Notes: a model not told the origin generated them from the sequence alone. Counted from the first letter of the stretch, positions 1-12,059 are shown. The stretch is DNA of 64,000 nucleotides from Ptychomitrium polyphyllum (GCA_973851085.1 OZ316776.1:5890001-5954000), one strand, 5' to 3'. Program-made: numbers and translations.

Positions 1-455
1 TTCCAAAGAGCTAATGATTAACAAGAATTGATACAAAGAGTAGAACAAGGCAGGATACAAAATCATCTACAACTTATGTTGGCAAGACTAAGGAATACCT
101 TGTCTTACCTTCCATTTATACTATGACGCTTGTATTTTCTAAGATACTTCTAAAAAAGCTTTTTACAAGGCTTAAGAATGTTCTAGAAATCTATGGAACC
201 TTCTGAAGAAATTTTCCAAAATATTGGTACGTTTCTAGGAAGTTTCTTGAGGTGATGGAACCTTCCTAGGATGTTTCTTGAACTGACCAAACCTTCTTAG
301 GAAGTTTCTTGAGGTGGTAGGACTTTCTTAGGAAATTTTTCAAGGATATGGAAACGGTTATGGAAACATTGAAAATACTTTAAGAAGCTATTATTATAGA
401 CCGGAAGATTCTAGAAGGTTCCAAAGACTATGTTGAATGATCTATATCTGTGACA
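1..455 (-). repeat. 3' LTR (cut by window start) of an old Ty3/gypsy family A copy
   Basis: Degenerate match to the LTR at 1521-2135; ends ...ctgtgaca at 455, followed by the complement of a polypurine tract (ttaccttccctttt). Confidence 0.85.
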
Positions 456-1520
456 TTACCTTCCCTTTTAGCAACAAATCCCATAAGGAGCTCTTCTTCT
501 GGCTTGCTTATTAAATTTCCATAAATTCCAAAATTAGTTAAAAAAAAAGAAGCTACATATTTTGCTTGTTGTTCTTTGTCCAATAATTCAACTGGTCTTT
601 GCATTAGCACCGATGACTACTAACCAAGACTTCTATTGTTGAAATGTCCCAGCCTAAGATTTGATCTTGAATAAGTCCCTTAAAACATCCTCCAAACAGG
701 ATCTTAGGTTCTTTAGGAGTAACTCTTCCAATTTCTAACAAGATAACCAAAGCGCGAGCATCTGAATCAAGACTAGAACATGAAGGGCAACTAGCCAATA
801 CTTTTGTACAAGGTTGCACTTGACCTTGGAATGTCTCTCACATATCTTTCCTTAGATCCTTTGATACTGAAGGTTGAGAAAATTGAGTTGGCTCAATAGA
901 TGCAGCTGTTAATAAAGGTACGGCCGACTACTCTTCGCACATATCCATAATAACACAAATATTTGACATACTAGCTAGGATCGAGAAATGATCTATCTTA
1001 AAAATAATGTTGCACACAATTGGAGGTTTGGATATTTTCCTCCCTTCTTATACTTGTCTATGAAGGAAAAACTCCTTTGTGAAGCTAACGGCTACTGATG
1101 ACACGTCATCACTGACATGGTTTTTAAAGATATCTTTGATGAAATTTGCATACCTTCTCAAGTGGATTTGTTACATTCATTGAAGGTTCTCATGTTTGGT
1201 CATTGATGCCATATCCTTGCCAATGTATAAGGTACTCCACAAGTCCATTTTTGATACGTGACTCTAAAATCTCTTCAACTTCATACTCCATTTTATTATT
1301 GATTTCTACCAAAAGACGTAGAAAAACAACCTTCTCTGGTATACATGATTTATTGTAAGTTTCCAACAACAATACGTGGAATACTTGATGAATGTGCATG
1401 GTTAGTGGTAGTTTGAGGCGATAACTAATCAAATTTATTTGTTTGTTGATTTCAAACAATCCCAGCCTTTAATAGTCTAACTTCTTTGACGGTCATTTTG
1501 TTTGCATGTTTTGTCATAGG
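456..1520 (-). mobile_element. 3' internal part (extra ORF remnant, chromodomain, integrase C-terminus) of the old family A copy; continues at 8120-8614
   Basis: ORF 1190-1459 carries YRLKLP..IHQVFHVLLLE and EYEVEEILES..YLIHWQGY (GPY/F region plus chromodomain). Colinear with 2136-3200 and interrupted at ATAGG. Confidence 0.85.
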
Positions 1521-2135
1521 TGTTAGGGACACAAGAAACAAGAAGCAGAAACAAAGTGTTTCCCAAGAATTAGCTTCCAAAGAGCTAATGATTAACAAGA
1601 ACTTGATACAAAGACTAGAACAAGGCAGGATTCAAGATGATCCACAACTTGTGTTGGCAAGACTAAGGAATACCTTGTCTTGCCTCTTATTTATACTAGG
1701 ACGTTTGTATCTCCTATGATACTTCTAAAGAAGCTTCCTACAAGGCTTAAAAATGTTCTGGAAGTCTAAAGAACCTTCTTTGGAAGCTTCCAAAGAGTTG
1801 GAACCTTCCTTGGAAGTTTCCTAAGGTAGCGGAACTTTCTTAGGAAGTTTCCTGAAGAGGTAGAACCTTCCTAGGAAGTTTTCTATGGTGATGGAACCTT
1901 CTTAGGAAGTTTCCTAAGGTGATGGAACCTTCCTAGGAAGTTTCCTAGGAAGTAACCTAAGATGATAGAACCTTCCTAGGAAGTTTCCTAAGGTGGAGGA
2001 ACTTTCCTGGAAAGCTTCCTAAAAACATAAAAAAGGCTATGGAGACATCTAAAAGTATTCTAAGAAACTATTCTAGTATACTAGAAGGTTCTAGAATGTT
2101 CTAAGAACTATGTTGCATGATATATGTCCGTGACA
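1521..2135 (-). repeat. 3' LTR of the family A element
   Basis: tgttagggac...gtccgtgaca; near-identical to 7531-8114; internal tandem ggaaccttcctaggaagtttcc units. Confidence 0.95.
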
Positions 2136-2190
2136 TCACCTCCCCTTTTAGCGACGAGTCCCATGAGGAGTTGTTTTCTTGGCTTGCTTG

Positions 2191-2649
2191 TCACATTTCT
2201 ACAAATTCCAAAATTTGTCGAAGGAGTGAAGCAACATACTCTGCTTGTTGTTCTCTGTTCACTAGTTCAACTTGTCCTTGCAAGAAACGCTGATGGCCAC
2301 CAGCCAAGACTTTCGTTGTTGAAATGTTCCATCCCAAGATCTGATCTTGATTAAGTCCTTCAAAACATCCTCCAAATAAGATTTCGGGTCCTCCAGGGGT
2401 GACTCTTCCAATTTCTAACAAGATGACTAGAGCGCGAGCATCTGAATCAAGACTGGAATGTGAAGGGCGACTAGTCAATACTTCTGCACGAGGTCGTACT
2501 CGATGTTGGGATGTCCCTCTCATATCTTGACTTAGATCCTCCGTTACCGAGGGCTGAGAAAGTTGAGTTGGCTCAACAGATGTTGTTGTTGATGAAGGCA
2601 TGGCCGACTGCTCTTCACGCATATCCATGATAATACGAAGATTTGACAT
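2191..2649 (-). CDS. Extra ORF (152 aa, unknown function) between pol and the 3' LTR of the family A element
   Basis: Open frame in this copy; homologous degenerate frames in the three other copies (about 470-970, 9260-9765, 58200-58700). Confidence 0.45.
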   Translation of the reverse strand: MSNLRIIMDMREEQSAMPSSTTTSVEPTQLSQPSVTEDLSQDMRGTSQHRVRPRAEVLTSRPSHSSLDSDARALVILLEIGRVTPGGPEILFGGCFEGLNQDQILGWNISTTKVLAGGHQRFLQGQVELVNREQQAEYVASLLRQILEFVEM

Positions 2650-2789
2650 ACTGGCTAGGATCTAGAAATGATCTATCTTGGAAATAACGCTGCATACAAT
2701 TGGAGGTTTGGATATCTTTCCTCCCTTCTTATACTTGTCTATGAAGGAAAAACTTCTCTGTGAAGCTAACGGCTGCTGATGACACATCA

Positions 2790-5700
2790 TCACTGACCTG
2801 GTTTCTGAGGATATCTTTGATGAAATTTGCGTACCTTCTCGGATGCGTTTGTTACATTTGTTGAAGGTTCCTATGTTCGGTCATTGATGCCATATCCTTG
2901 CCAATGTATAAGGTGCTCCACACGTCCGTTCTTGATGCGTGAATCTAAGATCTCTTCTACTTCATATTCAATTTCATTATTGATTTCCAGCGGAGGAGGC
3001 GGGGAAACAATTCTTTCTGGTATACATGATTTGTTATAGGTTTCCAACAACGATACGTGGAATACTGGATGAATTTGCATGCTTGGTGGTAGCTTTAGGC
3101 AATAACTAACCGGATTTATTCGTTTGCTGATTTCAAACGGTCCAAGCCTTTGATAGTCCAACTTCTTTGATGGTCTTTTTGTCTGTATATTTTGTCGTAG
3201 GAGCCATACGCTATCTCCAACCTTGAACTTTGGATGGTCCTTCCGATGGCGATCTGCATAAGTTTTGTAACGATCTTGAGCTTGTTGTAACTGGAAGGTA
3301 ATTTCTTGATGGATTTTAGCAAGTTGAATTACAAATCCCTCTGCTGCGGGACTGCCAACATGCTTCACTTGAAATGGATCTGTTCGAGGATGATGCCCAT
3401 AGTTTGCAAAGAATGGACTTTGAGTTGTTGATTAGTGCACCATATTATTGTAAGCAAATTCTGCCAAAGGCAAGAGGTCCATCCAGTTGTCTTGTTAGTA
3501 GTTTATGCTACAACGAAAGTACTATTCCAAAATTTGATTCACGCGTTCGGTTTGGCCATCAGTTTGTGGATGGAATGCTGAAGAAAGGTTGATCTTTATA
3601 CACAACAATTGGAATAGAGCCCTCCAAAAGTTGGAAATGAATTGCGGCCCTCGATCAGATACAATATCATCTGGAAGTCCATGTATGCAGTAGACGTGAT
3701 TTAGGAACAACTTGGCAGTTTCTTTTCCCGTTACCGTCTTATTGCATGGAATGAAATGTGCCATTTTTGTAAATCGATCCACCACTACCAAAATAGAATC
3801 TTTAGAATCGGAATTTGGAAGGTCCGTGATAAAATCCATCCATAAAGACAACCATAGGCCCCTTGGCACTGGAAGCGGATGGAGGAGACCATGAGGTTGG
3901 TGCCTTGGTACCTTGGCTCTTACACAAGTGTCGCATGATCAAATAAAGTCCTTTACGTACTTCCACATTTGTGGCCACCAATAGTCTCTAGCAATCAATT
4001 CCATTGTTTTATTGAATCCAAAATGTCCTGCTGCTAGAAAATCATGACATGCTTGAAGAATCTTCAACCGCAAAGGGCCTGGAGGTAAGTACAAAAGTCC
4101 TTTATAATAAAGTAGGCCCTCTTGGAATTCAAAATCCTCATCGCTATTTGAAGGATTTTCATTGTCTTTGAGGAGCTTCTTTATATTTGAAACAAAAACG
4201 TCATTCTTTAAAGCCTTCCGAAATTCGTCAAAATGGGATGTTGTCATAATAATGGCTGCTTTCAATTGAAGATTCTCAGGCTTCAATAAAATAGTCCTTT
4301 ATTGAATCAAAACATCACCTCCAGGTTGAGGAGCTAAAGAAGATCTTCAAGATAAGGCATCTAGCTTACCTTGCAAGCTACTAGATCGATAGGTAATGAC
4401 AAAGTCAAATCTGGAAAGCAACATACTCTACCTTGTTGGACGGCAATTCAAAATGCCTGCACTCATAAAATACTCCAAGTTCTTGTGGTCTGTGTATATT
4501 GTGATGGTATGTTGAGCTCGTTCCAATAAGTGTCGCCATTCTTCAAACGCATCCACAATTGCAAGTAGTTCTTTATCATGTATATCATAGTTGATCTTTG
4601 CCGCTGAGAACTTCCTTGAACAAAAGGCAAGAGGGTGAAGTCTCCCGTCTTCATCATATTGTGAGAGTACTGAGCCAAGCGCAAAATCTGAGACATCCAC
4701 TTCCAAATAAAAAAGCTTTGACGGATTTGGATGAATTAGTATTGGAGCCGACATGAATGACTTCTTAAGAATTTGAAATGCTTTTTCTGCTTCTTCATCC
4801 CAAATGAATTTTTGCTTCCCCATAAGACGTGTTAATGGTGCCGCAATCTTGGAATAGTTCTTGATGAATATCCTGTAGAAATTTGCAAATCCCAAGAAGC
4901 ATTGAACATCTCAAATTGATCTTGGCGTACTCCACTCCATGACAGTGCTTATTTTTTTCTTATCCATATGGATTCCTCCTTTGGAAATGATGTAGCCCAA
5001 AAATTCAACCGATGATTCATAGAAAAGGCACTTCTCCAATTTGGCATATAATCCTTGCTGGCATAATTTTTCTAAGACCAGTCGCACATGACATTTGTGA
5101 TCTTGTTCATCTTTTGAATATATCAAAATGTCATCCAAGTAATGACTACAAAATCGTCCAAGTGTTCATGGAAGATATCATTCATCATATGTTGGAAGAC
5201 CGCGGGGGCATTCGTAAGGCCAAAAGGCATGACATTGTATTCGAAATGACCATACCTAGATCAAAAAGTTGTCTTCCATTCATCTCCTTCTTTGATGCGT
5301 ACAAGATTGTAGGCTCCTCTAAGATCAATTTTGGTGAATATCTATGCTTGGCCAAGTTGTTGTAGGAGTCCTGAGATTAATGGTAATGGATAGCAATTCT
5401 TCTTTGTTACTTTATTGAGGCCTCGATAATCCACGCACATACGTAACGATCCATCTTTCTTCTTTACAAATAGAATGGAAGCCCCAGCTGGTGATTTAGA
5501 GTGTTGAATGAAACCCTTTCCGAGGTTTTCATCAATATAATCTCTCAAGGCAGCCAACTCAGTTTGTGATAAGTTATAAATAGGTCCAAAAGGTGGTTGA
5601 GTTCCTTCTTGCAACTCAATGGTACAATCATAAGGCCGATGCTTTGATAACATGTTTGCATTCTTCTTTTCAAAAACATCTTTATAATCTTCATATTGAC

Positions 5701-6300
5701 GAGGTATGTTTTTATTAGTCTCTATTGTTGAGCTAGACATTGGCGTGGCATAAATGGCATAGATTGGTTCATCCTTCGCCGCTCTCATAAATGCTTTAGC
5801 TCCAATAAATGATGGTCCAAGATTTCTTGTACCTTGATGTCTATTCCTTTACACTACACTTCTTGAGCGCCAATTAATGTCCGGATTATGTAATTCAAAC
5901 CAAGGAAGGCCCAAAATAATAGGATTTGTTCGGCATTGAATGATGTTGAAGACAATCTTAGATGCCTGGTCTCCTAAAACAACCTTCAAGGGTTGAGTTT
6001 CTTCAATGACGTTGCCAGACGCAAGAGATCGTCCATCAATAACTTCAACAGGTGTAGGGTATTTTTTCTTCACAAGCACCATGTGATGTTTGGTTGCAAA
6101 ATCCTTGTCCATAAAACATGCCGTTGCACCAGTATCTAAAAGAGCCTCACTAATTATTTCATCATCTAACAATTTAATTTTGATAGGAAATGTAAAACAA
6201 GAGGTAGGGTTTGAAGGTAGTAAGAGACCTTGATTTGATGGTGGTTTCTTTGTAGAGTCCAGTTGCATGGTCCCTACTGAGACTGGACAGCCTTGTTTTT
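2790..6300 (-). pseudogene. pol: Ty3/gypsy pol (protease, RT, RNase H, integrase, chromodomain) with stops and frameshifts
   Basis: ALLDTGA protease; [11 protein letters not shown] and (Y)[29 protein letters not shown]ase H; H..GHFG zinc finger and MDFITDLP..SDRGPQF integrase; EYEVEEILDSR..WQGY chromodomain. Confidence 0.93.
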
Positions 6301-7294
6301 CGACTCTACGATTGTGCTCTGAGCCTTAAAGGCAGATATTTTGATTTGGCAGTCGCGTACTTTATGTCTAGACTTGCCACAATACAAGCAGAGGTTTTCT
6401 CTTCGATGCCTTTTTTTTTTTCTCTGGAGTCAAGCGTCTGAATTGCGCAGCATCAATTTGCATAGGTTTTGGTCCTTGCGGTCGACTTTCAGATATCCTT
6501 GAAGAAGTGGTAGCCATGTTTTGATGTACTGGTTGCCATCCCAAGCGTTGTTCTTGGCGCCTCTCAAATAATCTGTTGTCACATGCTATTGCCTGAGTGA
6601 TGAATTCGTCGAATGTTTCAACTCTTGGCATTGTGAGTTGCAAGTCCTTTACATTCTCTCTTAAGCCCCATCAAAATCATGTGACCAAGGCTTTATCATT
6701 CCAATCAAGGTCGCAAGCTAACTGTCAAAACTCTGCAGCATATATAGCAGCTGAGCGTTGTCCTTGTTGGAGACTCTGGATCCTTGTCTCAGCCACCCTC
6801 TCTCGGTCGGTGTCTCCAAAAGTAGATGTCAATGCTTCTATAAAAGCATCTAAGTTGTTCAATAATGGTAACTGCTTCTCCATTAGAGGTGCAAACCACG
6901 ATAATGCATTGTTTGATAAAAAAGTGGCCACAAATCCTACTTGAGTTGTGCCATTAGGATAGCGAGATTGATGCAAACTAAGAAAGAGTCTTACTTGTTG
7001 AAAAAAGCCTCTCAATTTTGATCTTGATCCATCGAACTTGTCTGGCATGCTAATCCTTGGCTCTGCATGGATTTGACATAAGCCTTCTCTTCCAATATTG
7101 GCCTCTCGCAAGCGAATAACTTCTTGATATAGGCTTTGAATATCACCATTGGATTTTTCAGTTTGCCGAGTATGTTGCTCCAAATTGTTGGTGGTATTAA
7201 AACGGGCGAGTTTCGTTCGAACTGTGTTTAATAACTCTTGAAGGTCTGCAATAGTTGCAAACCTATTCTCTGATGTTCCCGGCACGTTATCCAT
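6274..7294 (-). pseudogene. gag: Ty3/gypsy gag with premature stops
   Basis: PDKFDGSRSKLRGF..LSNNALSWF..LQQGQRSAAIYAAEF retrotransposon gag, PMQID motif and CLYCG..H..C zinc knuckle; stop TAG at 6276-6274. Confidence 0.9.
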
Positions 7295-7516
7295 TTCTTA
7301 AGACCCTCAAAGACAGAAAGACTATGAATACCTTCAAAGGAGGAAAATCCACGTCCTTTGAAAGAAGTAATACTTGGTTCTAGAAAAAGATACCAACTCT
7401 ATGGTGCTAGCTTAGAGGAGGGTAATCCGCAACCTCTAAGACGCTATGGAATCCTAAAGAAGATGGGAAATCCACAATCTTCTTCAAAGAACCTTAGCTC
7501 TGACAAAGATGAAAAG

Positions 7517-7528
7517 TAGTCTTGCCAA
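7517..7528 (-). promoter_or_regulatory. Primer-binding site of self-priming type (TTGGCAAGACTA)
   Basis: Lies just inside the 5' LTR boundary; not a tRNA 3'-end complement, but the exact reverse complement of LTR positions 7675-7664 on the element strand. Confidence 0.75.
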
Positions 7529-7530
7529 AC

Positions 7531-8114
7531 TGTTAGGGACACAAGAAACAAGAAGCAGAAACAAAGTGTTTCCCAAGAATTAGCTTCCAAAGAGCTAATG
7601 ATTAACAAGAACTTGATACAAAGACTAGAACAAGGCAGGATTCAAGATGATCCACAACTTGTGTTGGCAAGACTAAGGAATACCTTGTCTTGCCTCTTAT
7701 TTATACTAGGACGTTTGTATCTCCTAGGATACTTCTAAAGAAGCTTCCTACAAGGCTTAAAAATGTTCTAGAAGTCTAAGGAACCTTCTTTGGAAGCTTC
7801 CAAGGAGTTGGAACCTTCCTTGGAAGTTTCCTAAGGTAGCGAAACTTTCTTAGGAAGTTTCCTGAAGAGGTAAAACCTTCCTAGGAAGTTTTCTATGGTG
7901 ATGGAACCTTCCTAGGAAGTTTTCTAGGAAATAACCTAAGATGATAGAACCTTCCTAGGATGTTTCCTAAGGTAGAGGAACTTTTCTGGGAAGCTTCCTA
8001 AAAACATAAAAAAGGCTATGGAGACATCTAAAAGTATTCTAAGAAACTATTCTAGTATATTAGAAGATTCTAGAATGTTCTAAGGACTATGTTGCATGAT
8101 TTATGTCCGTGACA
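7531..8114 (-). repeat. 5' LTR of the family A element (TATAAATA at 7705-7698)
   Basis: Pairs with 1521-2135; followed by TSD ATAGG. Confidence 0.95.
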
Positions 8115-8119
8115 ATAGG

Positions 8120-8614
8120 AGCTATACACTATCTCTTACCTTGAACTTTAGATGGTTCTTTTGATAACGATTTGCATAAATTTTGTACCACTTTTGAGCT
8201 TGTTGTAACTGGAAAGCAATTTTTTGGTAAATTTTAATTAGTTAAGTTGCAAAATCCTTTGCTGCAAGACTTCCAACATGCTTTACTTGAAATGGGTCTG
8301 TTTGAGGATGATGGCCATAGTTTGCAAAGAATGGACTTTGAGTTGTTGAAGAATGCACCGTGTTGTTGTAAGCAAATTCTACCAAAGATATGAGGTCCAT
8401 CTAACTGTCTTGTTGATAGTTTACACTACAACAAAGGTATTGCTCCAAAATTTGATTCACACGTTCGGTTTGAACATCAGTCTACGGATAGTATGCTGAA
8501 GAAAGGTTGATCTTCATGTGCAACAGCTGGAATAGAGCCCTCCAAAAGTTTGAAATGAATTACGTCCTTGATTGAATACAATATTATGTAGTACTCCGTG
8601 TATGCGGTAGACAT
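8120..8614 (-). mobile_element. Continuation of the old family A copy (integrase fragment)
   Basis: Resumes exactly where 1520 was interrupted; colinear with about 3200-3697. Confidence 0.85.
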
Positions 8615-10313
8615 TGTTAGGGACACAAGAAACAAGTAGCAGATACGAAGTGCTTCCTAAGAATTAACTTCCAAAGAGCTAATGATTAACAAGAACTTGA
8701 TACAATGATTAGAATAAGGTAGGATTCAAAATAATCAATAACTTGTGTTGGCAAGATTAACGAGTACCTTGTCTTTGCTTCTTATTTATAGTATGACGAT
8801 TGTATCTCCTAGGATACTTCTATAGAAGCTTCCTACAAGGCTCAAGAATGTTCTATAAGTCTAGGGAACCTTTCCAAGAAGTTTCTTAAGATGTTGGAAC
8901 CTTCTTAGAAAGCTTCCAAGGAAATGGAACCTTCCATGGAAGTTTCTTAAAATATTGGAACCTTCCTTGGAAATTTCCTAAGATAGCAGAACCTTCTTAG
9001 GAAGTTTTCTAAAGAGGTAGATCCTTCTTAGGAAGTTTCTTGAGGTGGTGGAACTTTCCTAGGAAGTTTTTTAAAGTAGTGAAACCTTCTTCAAAGGTTT
9101 CCTAAGGTGGAGGAATTTTCCTAGGAAGCTTTGTAAGAACATGGAAAAGTTATGGAGACATTTAAAAACATTTTTAGAAGCTACTATAAAATACCAAAAG
9201 GTTCTAGAATGTTCTAAGGACTATGTTGCATGATCTATGTATATGACATCACCTCTCCATTTAGCAACAAGTTCCATGAGGAGCTATTTTTTTGGCATGC
9301 ATGTCACATTTGTACAAATTCCAAAATTTATTAAAGGAATGAAATAATATATTCTACTTGTTGTTCTTTATTCTTTGGTTTAATTGGTCCTTGTAAGAAA
9401 TGCGGATGACCACCAGCCAAAATCTCTGTTTGTTGAAATGTCCCATCTCAAGATTTGAACTTGATTAAGTCCTTCAAAACATCCTCCAAGCAAGATTTTG
9501 GGTCCTCCAGTAGTGTCTCTTCTAATTTCTAACAAGATGACTAGAGCGCAAGCATCTGAATTAAGACTAAAATAAGAAGGACGATTAGCCAATACTTTTG
9601 CACGAGGTCGTAATTAACGTTGAAATGTCCCTCTCATATTTTGGCTTAGATCCTCCATTATCAAAGGTTGAGAAAGTCAAGCTGGCTCAACAAATGCTGT
9701 TGTAAATGAAGGCATGGCCGACTGCTCTTCACACATATCCATGATAACACAAAGATTTGACATACTAGCTACGATCTAAATATGATCTATCTTGGAAATA
9801 ATGATGCATACAAATGGAGGTTTAGATATCTCTCCTTCCTTCTTATACTTGTCTATGAAGGAAAAACTTTTTTGTGAAGCTAACGGTTATTGATGACACA
9901 TCATCATTGACCTAGTTTTAAAGGATATCATTGATGAAATTTGCGTATCTTCTAGAATGCATTTGCTACATTTGTTGAAGGTTCCCATGTTCGGTCATTG
10001 ATGCCATATTCTTGCCAATGTATAATATACTCCACACGTCTGTTCTTGATGCATGAATATAAGATCTCTTCAACTTTATATTCAATTTCATTATTGATTC
10101 CCAATGGAAGAGGCAGAGGGACGATTTTCTCTGGTATACATGATTTATTATAGGTTTTCAACAACAATACGTCAAACACTAGATGAATTTGCATGCTTGG
10201 TGGTAGCTTTAGGCGATAACTAACCAGATTCATCTATTTGTTGATTTCAAACGGTTCCAGCCTTTGATAGTCCAACTTCTTCGACGGTTTTTTTATTTGT
10301 ATGTTTTGTCATA
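8615..10313 (-). mobile_element. Truncated family A copy: 3' LTR (8615-9248) plus 3' internal region with chromodomain
   Basis: tgttagggac at 8615, tgaca at 9248; ORF 9952-10233 encodes the chromodomain (EYKVEEILYS..WQEYGINDRTWEP). Confidence 0.88.
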
Positions 10314-10323
10314 TGTTATTTCC

Positions 10324-11572
10324 TGTCACGGACATAGATCATGCAACATAGTCCTTAGAACATTCTAGAACCTTCCAGTATACTATAATACCTTCTTAGA
10401 ATACTTTTAGATGTTTCCATAGTCTTTCCAAGTTCTTAGGAAGCTTCCTAAGAAAGTTCCCCCGCCTTAGGAAATTTTGTAGGAAGGTTCTATCATCCTA
10501 GGAAACTTCCTAGGAAGGTTCCATAAGCTCTTTGGAAGCTAATTCTTGGGAAACACTTTGTTTCTGCTTCTTGTTTCTTGTGTCCCTAACAGTTTGGCAA
10601 GACTACTTTTCATCTTTGTCAGAGCTAAGGTTCTTTGAAGAAGATTGTGGATTTCCCATCTTCTTTAGGATTCCATAGCGTCTTAGAGGTTGCGGATTAC
10701 CCTCCTCTAAGCTAGCACCATAGAGTTGGTATCTTTTTCTAGAACCAAGTATTACTTCTTTCAAAGGACGTGGATTTTCCTCCTTTGAAGGTATTCATAG
10801 TCTTTCTGTCTTTGAGGGTCTTAAGAAATGGATAACGTGCCGGGAACATCAGAGAATAGGTTTGCAACTATTGCAGACCTTCAAGAGTTATTAAACACAG
10901 TTCGAACGAAACTCGCCCGTTTTAATACCACCAACAATTTGGAGCAACATACTCGGCAAACTGAAAAATCCAATGGTGATATTCAAAGCCTATATCAAGA
11001 AGTTATTCGCTTGCGAGAGGCCAATATTGGAAGAGAAGGCTTATGTCAAATCCATGCAGAGCCAAGGATTAGCATGCCAGACAAGTTCGATGGATCAAGA
11101 TCAAAATTGAGAGGCTTTTTTCAACAAGTAAGACTCTTTCTTAGTTTGCATCAATCTCGCTATCCTAATGGCACAACTCAAGTAGGATTTGTGGCCACTT
11201 TTTTATCAAACAATGCATTATCGTGGTTTGCACCTCTAATGGAGAAGCAGTTACCATTATTGAACAACTTAGATGCTTTTATAGAAGCATTGACATCTAC
11301 TTTTGGAGACACCGACCGAGAGAGGGTGGCTGAGACAAGGATCCAGAGTCTCCAACAAGGACAACGCTCAGCTGCTATATATGCTGCAGAGTTTTGACAG
11401 TTAGCTTGCGACCTTGATTGGAATGATAAAGCCTTGGTCACATGATTTTGATGGGGCTTAAGAGAGAATGTAAAGGACTTGCAACTCACAATGCCAAGAG
11501 TTGAAACATTCGACGAATTTATCACTCAAACAATAGTATGTGACAACAGACTATTTGAAAGGCGCCAAGAAC
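10324..11572 (+). mobile_element. Family A 5' fragment in opposite orientation: internally deleted LTR (10324-10591), leader and gag N-terminal part
   Basis: Starts tgtcacggac and the LTR ends ...ccctaaca; gag ORF 10828-11397 has the same translation as 6725-7294; cut by the copia LTR at 11573. Confidence 0.9.
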
Positions 11573-12059
11573 TATTCGGAATTTGTGTGGCTCGTAGTAT
11601 TTACGGTGGTGTAAATAGTATTGTATTGTGGTAGATATAGAAGGAGAAAATATGGGGAGAAAAGAGGGAGAAAAGGGGGAGAAGTGAAAGCCACTTAAGA
11701 GATACATATATAGTACACGATCAACGTGGTAGGACCAACCCACATGTCTTGCATGGGAAGGCAAAGACAAGTAGATGTATGAGTTGGCATAGAAGAACTT
11801 GCAAGTGGCTTTGGAAAGCTACTTGCAATATACTTCAGAAGAACCTTAAAAGGTGCTTGAGACGTCACTACGTGGTAGTATAAATAAAGGCCTTCAAGAG
11901 AAGGCAACATCTTACTCCGAACATTGTTTGTACTACTTTGTGTGGTTCTATGCTTGTGCAATCTTCTTCTCTACTTGTAGTGACTTCAATACGTTATGGG
12001 CCCACTCATGTGAGTTGCCAGTGTAGAGTTTTTGTTGCAAAGTTGTTTGGAGGACGTCT

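Larger units (their letters stand above)
1521..8114 (-). mobile_element. Full-length Ty3/gypsy chromovirus (Tcn1/Tf1-like, family A), degenerate
   Basis: LTRs at 1521-2135 and 7531-8114 (TG...CA); 5-bp TSD ATAGG at 1516-1520 and 8115-8119; PPT AAAAGGGGAGGTGA next to the 3' LTR; domain order gag-PR-RT-RH-INT-chromodomain on the minus strand. Confidence 0.95.

Noticed and set aside
1770..2020. Regularly spaced palindromic repeats resembling a CRISPR array
   Set aside because: They lie inside LTRs, have only few-nt variable gaps rather than unique spacers, and there are no cas genes; the context is eukaryotic.
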